IMG/VR virus record: IMGVR_UViG_3300044701_001468
Length of the DNA: 64,000 nt
Direction: 5' to 3' (one strand)
Source of the DNA: a virus
Position numbers and translations under genes: made by a program. Below are positions 27,961 through 38,800 of the stretch, piece by piece. The notes beneath the pieces were generated by a model, which was not told the DNA's origin, searched no databases, and saw only the letters and a program-made list of their open reading frames with translations. Numbering within the stretch: position 1 is the first letter of the stretch; every line of letters starts with the position of its first letter.

Positions 27961-28893
27961 TTATTCAGTAGGAGGGGTTTCTGCGTCTTGGTGATATTGT
28001 TGGAATTCTGATAGTTCTTTATCAATCATAGCATCCAGAGCAACAGGATTTGTGTTTACAAATGGTACTAGATTTTGAGCAGGCAATTCATAAGTCATAT
28101 CAATCTTCTTCATTGCATTGTCAAGAAGTTTTCTTGCATTTTCATAATTAAGATCTTCAACATTTCCAATGCCTTCGAGGATAGATGGTAGACCAAGATG
28201 CTCAAGGAATCTAATCAATTTGAGTTTTGCTTGAACAACTGCTTTACTTTCAAACTGATCTGGTGTTGACAAATATTCTGGTCTTGTTTCCGAATCTGGG
28301 AAGTAAATAAAATATTCTTTTGGTCCCATAGGAAACTCCACCTTCAAGGTGTTAGTTTCCCAATCTGGATGATCACTCATATCTCTAAGATATTGGCGAT
28401 ACTTGAACCACATTTCCTTTTCACCTTCATTCTTGAAAGTTACATCAGGAAGAACTGCCCAATCGCTAGCAGCAAGATACTGATTACGCATGTTAAGAAC
28501 ATTTTGCTGATAAACAGTATTTGCTTCTTCTGCTTGCTGTTTTACTTCCTCAAGGATTCTTCTATAATCACTAATTTTTATATTTTCATACGCTCTCATA
28601 CATGCAGAGAAAGCATGTCTTGCATCCTCTGGTGTTGCTTCCACGAAAGTATATACTCTTTCTACACTTTCTCTAATTCTATAGTCATATACTTGCTTTT
28701 TCTTTTCACAGAGAAAAGATCCATCGTTATAGTATTCAAATAAAATTATAGCATCTTTATCAGAATGCCAAAATTCTCCAAGATCTTCGTAAAGATCATT
28801 TAGATCTTTCTCGTTAATCTTAATTGCTTTACCACCATAGTAAATAATGCTTTCGGAAAGCAATAACTGCAACAATAGAGTCTTTTCTTCCAT
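27961..28893 (-). CDS. Protein with a phage tail-fibre assembly chaperone domain
   Basis: MRNQYLAASDWAVLPDV...WFKYRQYLRDM...FP is the fibre-chaperone motif. Confidence 0.7.
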   Translation of the reverse strand: MEEKTLLLQLLLSESIIYYGGKAIKINEKDLNDLYEDLGEFWHSDKDAIILFEYYNDGSFLCEKKKQVYDYRIRESVERVYTFVEATPEDARHAFSACMRAYENIKISDYRRILEEVKQQAEEANTVYQQNVLNMRNQYLAASDWAVLPDVTFKNEGEKEMWFKYRQYLRDMSDHPDWETNTLKVEFPMGPKEYFIYFPDSETRPEYLSTPDQFESKAVVQAKLKLIRFLEHLGLPSILEGIGNVEDLNYENARKLLDNAMKKIDMTYELPAQNLVPFVNTNPVALDAMIDKELSEFQQYHQDAETPPTE

Positions 28894-28902
28894 TTTTTTT
28901 GC

Positions 28903-29562
28903 TTATCCTCTAGGAACTTTGATGTACCAACCCGTCAAAACATATTTATCTTCAGAATAAACTGTTAATCCTCTATGAACATGGGTCATACCTGCTGGCC
29001 AAACAACACAGGTTCCAGCCTTTGGTTGTATTCTTGTTTTTTGATATAAGAATTCTGTTTCGCCTTCATTTTCTGGAAGATCATTTAGGTAGATCATCCA
29101 AACCAATTCTCTTTGAGCATGATGATACGATCCTGCTTCATAATGCCAAACGTGATACCCACCGCAGGGAGGAGTTCTTTGCATTTTGATATCAGTAGAT
29201 ACCATAGGAACACCAGCCAATTGACCATATTGTTCAATATAATGCAAAAAACATGCTTGAAGGTATTGATTAACTTCAGATGATAATTGATCGTTATGAT
29301 AGTTTAAAAGAATACTAGTGTCCTTTCTACCAAGATTTTTTGTGGAAAATTGCTGTTTTCCATCCATTAAAGTATCTAAAACACTAGGTCCATCACTTTG
29401 TTGATGAATAGAATTTGTAGACGCATCAGTATCAACTACTGCGTTAAAATATTTGATTAATTTTTCACAAACAAATTTAGGAACATGATTTTCCCAAACC
29501 CCGATAAAATCCTGAAAGTCGCCTTTCATCAATTCAATAGGTTTAATAGGCACAATTGACAT
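28903..29562 (-). CDS. 2OG-Fe(II) oxygenase (prolyl-4-hydroxylase-like)
   Basis: GYHVWHYE...WMIYLNDLPENEGETEF...WPAGMTHVHRG...KYVLTGW. Confidence 0.92.
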   Translation of the reverse strand: MSIVPIKPIELMKGDFQDFIGVWENHVPKFVCEKLIKYFNAVVDTDASTNSIHQQSDGPSVLDTLMDGKQQFSTKNLGRKDTSILLNYHNDQLSSEVNQYLQACFLHYIEQYGQLAGVPMVSTDIKMQRTPPCGGYHVWHYEAGSYHHAQRELVWMIYLNDLPENEGETEFLYQKTRIQPKAGTCVVWPAGMTHVHRGLTVYSEDKYVLTGWYIKVPRG

Positions 29563-29579
29563 AAATTACTCCAAAAAAA

Positions 29580-30887
29580 TTATATGGCTTTGATGAGATA
29601 TTTATTCCTGTGATAAGGTTGCATCATAGGCAAAGTTTCGGCACTTGTCAAGTTCATCGAAAGTCTAGAATCAAATAATGTTCTAGAACTAGAAGACATA
29701 ACAAAAGATCCTTGATTCATTTCCATTCCCGCTTGAGAAAGTGGAATAATTTTAGTTACTGTGTTATCCAAATCAGTTGCAGCATTGGCACCTGGAGAAT
29801 AGGAAGCAGATTGTGCTCCAAGATTGCCACCAAATTCATCATGCCCCCATGTAGCAGAGTTTGGTCCAACAATGCTAAGTTTATGTGTATGTTTTCTTAG
29901 CGGTTGACTAACTCCTGGATTAGTAAATGTAACAGATGGAGCAGAAGTATATCCAGCACCAGCAAAAGTGATGGTGACAGAAGTTACCGAACCACCGCTG
30001 ATATTAACCGAAGCAATAGGACTAGACCCACCCGCTGGAGGATCACTAAAAATAATGGAAGGAGCAATAGTGTATCCAGATCCTCCACTATTAACAGTAA
30101 CACTGCCAACTCCTCCACCAGATAGATTAGCGGTTCCAGTAGCAACAGACGTACCAGCTGCTCCCTGAACAACCCTATTGTATGTCACAATAGTTTGATC
30201 GTTCAACGCCTGCCATACTGGAATTTTATCATTTACTGGACCTGGACCACCATCAGCTGTACTACCAGCAGTAGCACTATTAACTCTTCTACAATGTGTC
30301 AAAGAGTGTGTATGTGGTGGGGCTTGATAAACACCAGCTTGTTTTAGTGGTCCAAGTACCTGAGTGATATTACCACTAATATTTGCAGTAACATCAGCAA
30401 TTGCCGTATCAAATCCAGAAGTTCTGTATGTTCCGATATCAAAAGTATCGTCTTGGGTTGGATTGAGCTGTCTTAAACTATCAATTACATATTGACCACC
30501 CCTAGATCCTGGTATGTTAATACTGGCAGTAGATCCTCCACCTGGAGCGGTTGATGGCGATAATCCTGGACTAGATGTTGAGTTGCCATCAACTACACCA
30601 GTTCCACATACATACCTACCTCTATAATTCGGTAGATTGAATGTTCCAACATAATTTGGATAAGATCCAGTAACAGTACCACCATAACTGGTTCCTATTA
30701 CTTGATACAATGCATAGTATTGATTTGGATTTAATGCAGATCCATCACATTCCAAATACCCAGGATATCTTGACGAAATCTGCCAATCATCACTACCACT
30801 AGACCACCCAGATGGTTTAGCTATACAAATTACTGTGCCTATTGCAGCACCACTCTTCTGAATCTGTTGTGAGTAATACTTTGGCAT
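29580..30887 (-). CDS. Tail fibre with collar domain (paralog 3)
   Basis: GYLECDGS...YYALYQVIGTSYGG...FNLPNYRG (collar); HTH and HTHKL motifs; GGSGYT.AP repeats. Confidence 0.8.
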   Translation of the reverse strand: MPKYYSQQIQKSGAAIGTVICIAKPSGWSSGSDDWQISSRYPGYLECDGSALNPNQYYALYQVIGTSYGGTVTGSYPNYVGTFNLPNYRGRYVCGTGVVDGNSTSSPGLSPSTAPGGGSTASINIPGSRGGQYVIDSLRQLNPTQDDTFDIGTYRTSGFDTAIADVTANISGNITQVLGPLKQAGVYQAPPHTHSLTHCRRVNSATAGSTADGGPGPVNDKIPVWQALNDQTIVTYNRVVQGAAGTSVATGTANLSGGGVGSVTVNSGGSGYTIAPSIIFSDPPAGGSSPIASVNISGGSVTSVTITFAGAGYTSAPSVTFTNPGVSQPLRKHTHKLSIVGPNSATWGHDEFGGNLGAQSASYSPGANAATDLDNTVTKIIPLSQAGMEMNQGSFVMSSSSRTLFDSRLSMNLTSAETLPMMQPYHRNKYLIKAI

Positions 30888-30889
30888 GG

Positions 30890-31801
30890 TTAGTACTTGA
30901 TTAGATATTCTACTAAAATGAATGGAGGTTGAAGATCGTTCATGACTTCGGTATTATCAATTCTTAACGTAACATTGGTAACTATGTTTTCGGCACTTAT
31001 ATTAAAAGTTGGTATGTTGCCATTAATTGATCTACTAGGATTACCTCTTTCAATAACATGATCATGAGCCGTATCATTTAAAGTTAGTCCAGTTGACGGA
31101 ACAATACTAGTAGCGGCTTCTACACCCCAAATATCTTTTTGTGAATATCCACCACCAGTATCAGCATCACCACTAACAATTTTACTGGTGGGATCTTCAA
31201 TACTAGCAGTATTAGAGAAGTGAGCATGTGGAAGAAAAGTATCATTTGGAACTGTGTTGCTACTAGTAGCAGAGTTAATTGTTATACTAAAATTACCACT
31301 AAATGCAACTGCTCTTCCTGGAGCAATAAAAAATCCAGTAGAACCAGCGGTATTTCCCTGGTAACTCATTTGGGCAGTTACAGTATTTCCTGTTCCTAAA
31401 TTAGAACTTAATTCCGTAGCAATACCAACTCTTCTATTTTGTGTGCCGACAGTATTGTTGTTAAAAACAGCAGAATAAGTACCACTTTGAGCACCAGCTC
31501 GAACATATTTTGACCCCAGATCAGGTAATTGGAATTGTCCTCCAGTTCCATCCTCATTTGCTTCCTGCAAGGTAATATATGGTTTTCTGTAAATACTATC
31601 AGCACCAACACCAAGAACAGCTTTTAAATCTGGATATAAATCTCCATTCACAACACTACCATCACACCTCAGATAACCAGCTGGTATTTTACTTGTCCAA
31701 CTCGAAGAAGCGGGATCTTTTCCATTTAATTCGACAGGAAATGGATAGATCGTACCAACTGCTCCACCAAATTTTCCTTTTTCGAAAGAATAGTTTCTCA
31801 T
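30890..31801 (-). CDS. Tail fibre with collar domain (paralog 2)
   Basis: PAGYLRCDGS...YPDLKAVLG...FQLPDLGSK; HAH and HDH motifs; C-terminal QPPFILVEYLIKY. Confidence 0.8.
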   Translation of the reverse strand: MRNYSFEKGKFGGAVGTIYPFPVELNGKDPASSSWTSKIPAGYLRCDGSVVNGDLYPDLKAVLGVGADSIYRKPYITLQEANEDGTGGQFQLPDLGSKYVRAGAQSGTYSAVFNNNTVGTQNRRVGIATELSSNLGTGNTVTAQMSYQGNTAGSTGFFIAPGRAVAFSGNFSITINSATSSNTVPNDTFLPHAHFSNTASIEDPTSKIVSGDADTGGGYSQKDIWGVEAATSIVPSTGLTLNDTAHDHVIERGNPSRSINGNIPTFNISAENIVTNVTLRIDNTEVMNDLQPPFILVEYLIKY

Positions 31802-31802
31802 T

Positions 31803-32897
31803 TTAGTATGCCTTTATAATATATGTTGTTGTTACCGAAGCAGTTTCAACATCAGCATTATAAGAAAGAACACTTTGATTATTTGCATTTGCTGGAGTTA
31901 CATTTCCAGTTTGAATATCAGAAATTGTTACAGCAGTTGGAGATCTGAATCCTCCCATGTTAATACTATAGTTAATATCGGCATGACTATGCCCAGTTAA
32001 CTGAGTAGTACCAGCATTCACCCCACCCCAATTATAAAAAGTTCCACTTAAAGTAGTTGGCCAATTATAAGGATCTGTTTGCAACACAGTATCATCACTA
32101 CTACCCAACCAGTTTTTTGGAGCTGCATTAATACGTGGAGGACTATTTGTATTAACTGGACCACTAGCATTGAACGAACGTTCATTACCACTTCCACCTA
32201 ATGGAAAACCACCAAGCAAAGAGTTTTTATATAATGCGTTCACATTATTAGATGTCCAATTCAATTCACATGCATATGTTGTAATAGTAGCACAGCAGTC
32301 AGCCCAACCAAAAGGTCCACAACCATTGAAAGGACCATTAACAGCACCATTTTGACAAGACTCAATTTGAGGAGAGTTTTGTTTAGATACCGAACTATAT
32401 CCACCACTATGACTATGACTTGCTGTGTGCATGTCACCCAATTTTCTTTCGGCAATAATTACAGATTCAAAAATTGCTGGTGGATTCGGCGTGACATCAG
32501 AAATGACTCCACTATATCCAGCAGTAGAAGAAATATTATTATCAATAGCACCAACTAAATCAATTGTAGAAGTATAATTAGTGTTATTTGCATTTGCGCT
32601 ATCATTACCAACTAAAGCGGTGAAAACTGAAGATGTTCCAGCTGGAATGTATGCAGTATCATTTTTAAAATCTACAAGCGCCTTAGCACCAATATCTGGC
32701 AATCTAAATGTTCCCGTACCAGACCCATATGTAGTACCAATAGTAGAATAAAGTAACGGAAATTCAGTATTATTTTTGTAAGTTCCATCACAAAGTAACC
32801 ATCCTTTAGGAATCTGAGTTAATGCACCAGACCAGGGGATGATAGTACCTATTGCCATCCCCTTCATCGATTTAATTCTATTATAATTAACCGACAT
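31803..32897 (-). CDS. Tail fibre with collar domain (paralog 1)
   Basis: IGTIIPWSG...IPKGWLLCDG...FPLLYSTIGTTYG...FRLPD; HSH motifs; C-terminal YIIKAY. Confidence 0.85.
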   Translation of the reverse strand: MSVNYNRIKSMKGMAIGTIIPWSGALTQIPKGWLLCDGTYKNNTEFPLLYSTIGTTYGSGTGTFRLPDIGAKALVDFKNDTAYIPAGTSSVFTALVGNDSANANNTNYTSTIDLVGAIDNNISSTAGYSGVISDVTPNPPAIFESVIIAERKLGDMHTASHSHSGGYSSVSKQNSPQIESCQNGAVNGPFNGCGPFGWADCCATITTYACELNWTSNNVNALYKNSLLGGFPLGGSGNERSFNASGPVNTNSPPRINAAPKNWLGSSDDTVLQTDPYNWPTTLSGTFYNWGGVNAGTTQLTGHSHADINYSINMGGFRSPTAVTISDIQTGNVTPANANNQSVLSYNADVETASVTTTYIIKAY

Positions 32898-32898
32898 A

Positions 32899-35800
32899 TT
32901 AGATCTCCATTAACCACCAACCTTGAGCATCAGTATCAATTGCTACACCACCGCCGTCAGTTGCACCAAAGTAAATTAAACCAAATGAAGCGTTAGGTGT
33001 TTGAACCAACAATTCACCACCTGTCCAAGCAGAACCTAACCCACCAGCTGTAGAACCAGTTGCATCCCCTTGAACTTTGATTCCAGTAGGAGCTCTGAGT
33101 ATTAAAGTACACTGATAAGAGAGATTTCCACCAATGTCAACGAATCTAATCATATCACCTGTTTGAGCTGTTGAAGGTAGTTTGAGAATTAATGTAGTGT
33201 TAGTTCCAGCAGGTCTGATAATGTATCCCTGATTTACTCCTAAGGTAGGAGCGGTAGAATCAGTGTTTGATCCAGTAGCAAACCAATTCCATCTCGATCC
33301 ACCGCTAGATGTTCTGTAATTTGTAATACCGAAAGCATCAATACTTGCATCTTGTTTAAATTTATATGGTTTGGCGTTGCTAACACCAAGTCCATTAATT
33401 AGTAGAGAAACATTAGCAGAAGAAGGAGTAGCGGTAGAAACTCCTGTAACTGTTAAGTATCTGCCAACTATAGTATCACCAGTTGAAGCATCAACCGTAA
33501 ACTTATTAGTATTTATAGCAAGGTTTCCGAGGAAAGATGTATTGCCATTTGCAGTATCAACCTGGAATGTTGTAGTTCCAGCGCCATTTGTAATTGTTAG
33601 ATACTGGGTAGAAGCAGTAGAACTTCCATTTAAAGTAATTGTATTTTCTACTGTTAATGTACCAGCAATATTAGTATTTCCATCAGCAGTTCTGATTGTA
33701 AATGTTTCTGCTGTAGATCCATTAGTTACTACTAATTTTTGTGCGGTTGAATCAGTTGCAGAATTACCAGAAAGAGTTAGCGTATCATAAACAAGTAAAG
33801 TTCCAGTGCCATTTCCAGTGGTTCCTGTAGGATTTCCTATGATCGTGTTACCAGTGGTTGAATCAACTTCAAATACTGTTTTTGGAGATACCGTTCCACC
33901 ATCAGTGATCGTCAACTTCTGAGGAGACGATGCGTTGATGGAAGTAATTATCATAAATTCATTATCAATCTTGAGAATATCATTCGTCTTGAAAGATCCA
34001 CCAAATTCTGCCAGATTAATTACAGAACCATTTACTGTGTATGCAGCGCCACCAGAAGTACCACCGATATCAACAACATTAATTACTGGATATGTTTCGG
34101 ATAACTGGAAGATTTGATCGCTTCCAGAAGTAGAAACATTTACAATATAATAACGAAGAGCAGTAGTAGTTATTCCAGTGATAGATCCAACACTGGTAAA
34201 TGTGACTCTATATCCATTCTCTAAGTTGCTACCAGCAGATGTCAAGAAGTTTGTGCTTGCATTAATGCTGCTAACTGTTTTGTTTAGTGCAGAAGCTGGG
34301 ATTGGACCTGGATCAACGTAAGTTGCACCAGTTACCTTATTCAATTTGTAGATAATAGTATCATCTAGATGAGCAGCAGCGGTAGTTCCATCAACTGCTC
34401 TACTTACCGTCATGGTAAATGGCGAAGTAGATGTTGGTGGAGTTGTAACTCTTACAATTTCCTGATCAATCAAGAGATAATCAAATTGACTGATACCAGC
34501 AGCATTCTTAACTGGTAGTGTTGTATCAGATGAAGACCAAGGAACGCCACCAGTGGTATCAATTTGAGTATACTTGAGAGTTGCGGATCCGCCTACTGTT
34601 CCACTAGTTGTTATGGTAACAGCAGATCCGCCAAGAATAGTAGATACCTGGAAACTATTAGAAGTTCTATTAATTACATAATAATCAACACCAGCAGTAA
34701 CTCCAGTGAAATTAGAAATATTTGCAAATCTAATTATATCATTATTATAGAACTTATTATCAATTACAGAGAATGTATTGCTCGTGATTGAAGTGATATT
34801 TGTAGCGCCATCAATATCATCAATATACTCATAGTAAGTAACATTGAGATTAGCAAGAGAACCAATGGTATGTGCTGCAGCAGTTGTATTGAGAGATGCT
34901 CTAGTTACGCTTACCGAAGAATTTCTAAGACCACCGATGATAGTTAAATCACCATAATCGGTGATATTTCCATTAACGATTAGAGAGTTTCTGATAGTAG
35001 TATTACCAGCAACCGCACCCATATTGATGACAGCGGCAAAATTACCGATGTTAAGTACGTTTGCTGTTCCTGGGTTGTTGAGGAAGTTAAAGGTAGTAGC
35101 ACTAGTCTTGATAGAACCACCATTAACTTCAAGATCTCCATCTAATTGTACGTTCTTATTTCTAATTGTTAGTCTGGATCCAGATGAATTATTAAATGCG
35201 CCACCAATAGTGATGTTGGATACAGCAGTTAGAGAAGAAGAAGCATTGCCAATATTAATAGTCGATGTTGTAGCGCCAGTGTGTAGATTTAGTGTAGCAG
35301 TAGTAGCAGCAGTGCCAATCGAAAGACTTTGCGTTGTAGCAGAATTGCCAATATTTAAAGTTTGAGCACTAGTTGCACTATTGAATAGATTTGCAGTAGT
35401 TGCAAACCCAGCAAAATTCAAGGTTGTAGCAGTACCAGTAGTATTCAATAGATTGAATGTTGTGGCAGTTGTGGTTAGATCGCCACCATTAACTGCTAAA
35501 TCATCTTCGAAAGTTAGTGAACCAGTAAATCTTGATGTTCCAACAACAACAAAGTTGCGATCAAGTTGAGCATGAGTAGCATTAATACCTACTCTACCAT
35601 TTGTTAATCCATTCGGAGTGGTAGCAACTCTTAAGGTTGAAATATTAGAAGGTGTTGCACTATCACCACCAACTAAGAAAGCATAATCCTGATTTGTCTC
35701 AGTTTTGGTAGTAGAAGATTCAGTGGAATAAGATAAAATTTTCTTACCACTAATAAATGCATTACCAACTAGATCTAAGTTAGCTCTTGGAGTTGTCTCA

Positions 35801-38800
35801 GTAGAAACAAATGCAGTTTTGTAAGCAGTGTGTGCAGATCTAGCAACTGTATTAATACCTAATTTATAATCACCAATGCTAGTAGTTTCTGTTCTTAGTG
35901 CTTCTGCACCAATTACACCCACTTCTTTAAATGCAGTTTGAGATCTTGCAATATTGATAGATGGTTGTGCTACTTGATCAACAGGATATCCATTATTTGG
36001 TGTTGGAATTGCAGTGTAAATTGGTAAATTAGCATTAGTTAAGATATTAACATATGCGTTACCACTAGCAAATGGATCCAATACACTTGAATATACAGGC
36101 CATACACCATTAACTCCCTGTAGACTTCCAGTTGCACCAGTGATTCTAATTTGAGTTGAAGATGTAATACCAAGTGTATTGTTAGTAACACCTGTATTCC
36201 AATTCAATCTAATAACAGTTCCAGTAGAGTTTCCTTGAATTCCTAGAATTTGTGGATTTACTCCAACCGATGACTGATTATCAATAGTAATATAATCGTT
36301 CGCATATACCCAAGCGAGAGAACCAGTAAATAAGGTCTGTGCTCCCTTGAACAATACATCACCAGATGCGAGTGGCGCTAAAGTATTGAAGTATGCGTTT
36401 GCTGGTTGATCTGCACCATATAATGAAGTTGTGTTTGGTGTTACATTAGAAATAGCACCTCTAAATGTGTATCTCTGTGTACCGCGTGGATGCATATTCC
36501 AAACGGCAGAAGAAATAGTATTCTGATGTAGGGTGATATCTCCTGTTTTTTGACCAGCAATATTTGTCTCTAGTCTTTGATCATAATTTCCATCAGCAAA
36601 TGGTTTTCCACTTGTATCGGTATAAATTGTCAATGCATTGCTGTTCAATACAGCTCCAAGCATTGTTGGACTTTGAATAGCAACTGGGCAGAAGAATGTG
36701 CTTGTCTTGGTTCCCTCTAATCCAGATACTGTAATGATATCATTGAACGTAACTGGAGTATCAAATGTTGTTACAAGAGTTCCAATATCTTCCGTTTCGT
36801 CAGCAGATTCAACCAAGATTGCCTGCTCTAGGAATGTCTCTTCGCCTGTAATAGCATTGATCTTACGATTACCGATATAAAGGTCGCCATTAGAGTTTAG
36901 ACCCGTGTAGAAGACGATACCAGCGTCCTCACGCTTCGCTTGAGCATAGAAGTCTTGCGTGTCCGTTAGAACGACTTCCTGACGCGCTGGGAAACCAGTA
37001 GAGTAGTTACCAGGACCGAAACCTAGGTATTCAAAGGTGTGGTTACCAGAACGAGCAATAGATGGACGACGAAGTTCTACATAAAGTTTCTTCTCCAGTG
37101 GATATGGCGAATCTCCACAGATAGAAATTTTTCTTGCTTCAGAACCAGCAGATGCTGATCCTGGTTGTGCTTGAATTACATTTGATCCAGTAAATGTATT
37201 GAGTTTGGTTCCAGAATCACTGATTAAATCATAAACAACTTCTTTGGTAAGAGATCCTTTAGAATCGTTAACTGTCACCAATCCATGAACATAGTTGTCG
37301 GCAGCAGATATCGTAGCTGGAGGATCTAGTAAAGTAGCAGAACCTGTGTCTATACCCTTGTACCACTCAGGATCATTTTTATAGAATTCTGGGTAAATTT
37401 TTGATACTGGTTGCGAGAATCTAAAGTTTCTAAAGTTTTCCCCAACACCAGATCCAGTAGGATAAGGTCTGATGTCACCACGGAGACAAGTCAAGTAATA
37501 AACACCATCTTGTTGTCCGAAAATTCTTCTGCGAATTGTATTAATATCAAAAATATAATAAGTATTCTCAAAATCATCTACGTCTTCTACATCAGCGATA
37601 GTGTACGAAACTCCATTATCATCATTAAGTGTATCACCAGGAGTCATCGTGTAAACGTTAGCACCCTCAATAACATACAAGAAATTAGCAATATCAGATC
37701 TTCCTGAGTTTGCATCTTCTAGAAGAGTAGCAGTAACTTTTGTAGATCCAGTTCCCTGACTGAAAGTAGTGGTTACGTTATTATTGTAATCAATACTAGA
37801 ATTACCAGCAAAATCTTTCAAGATCATGTAATAGTTATTTTGATATGCAAAATAAGCATGTACATAAGCAGTTCCAGAAGAATTTCCAGACCACGTAACT
37901 TTATTTGTGTTATTTGAATTAGGAATACTACCGATAAAGTTACCCGATCCACCTTGAGGAGCAGAAATTTTTACGGTTGTGAATAGTTTTGTCTTGTAAT
38001 CATTATTATCAACACCAATATCAAATACAGTTAATTCTAGATAATTTTGATTAGAGATTTGTCTCTTTCTAGCAGACTGAATGGTGAATGAAATTTTAGA
38101 ATTAGTTTCTACACGCTTAGGATTACCAGCTGGTGAAGAGTCATAAGTACTGATGTAATTAGGATTTAAAACTAATTGTTCTGCAGTGGTTAGTCCCAAC
38201 TTTTCGCCAGTTACTGGTGCTACAAAGTTAGCAACACTAGAACCAGTTGATGTTGGTTTTAGAAGAATTTTTTGAGGTAGTAGTCTTCTCTTTTCATCAG
38301 TTCTAATCTTAAGAACAAATCCATTTAAAGGATCTCTTACTGTCTTGAGATTTTTAGGAATTACATAACGTAATCTATAAACTCTATCTTCCTTAGATCT
38401 GGTATCAACCACTCTTTCATAATAGGTATCAGTTGTTGGAGCAATTCTTCCTTCAAAAATTGATTCCTTCATCTTAGGAATAATTTCATTTCCAGATACT
38501 AAAGTATTGATATACCAAGATCCATTGTTATTTGAAGCAGTGGTTCCAACCACTGGATCAAATTTCATTGGGCTTCTCTTCTTGCTCGCAAAAGTATAGA
38601 ACTTAGCAGTGCTACCTGTTTGGAACGTTACTGGAGAAGATAAAACAAGATTGCCACCACTATCTACTGTTGCAGACTCGTGAATAGTAAATCTTGTGCT
38701 ACTGACATAATTTACATAATATTCTACTTTACTGGATAGGGTTGTTCCGCCAAAAGAAGAAGATAATGTTGGAAGAGCACTTCCAGAAATATCACTACCT

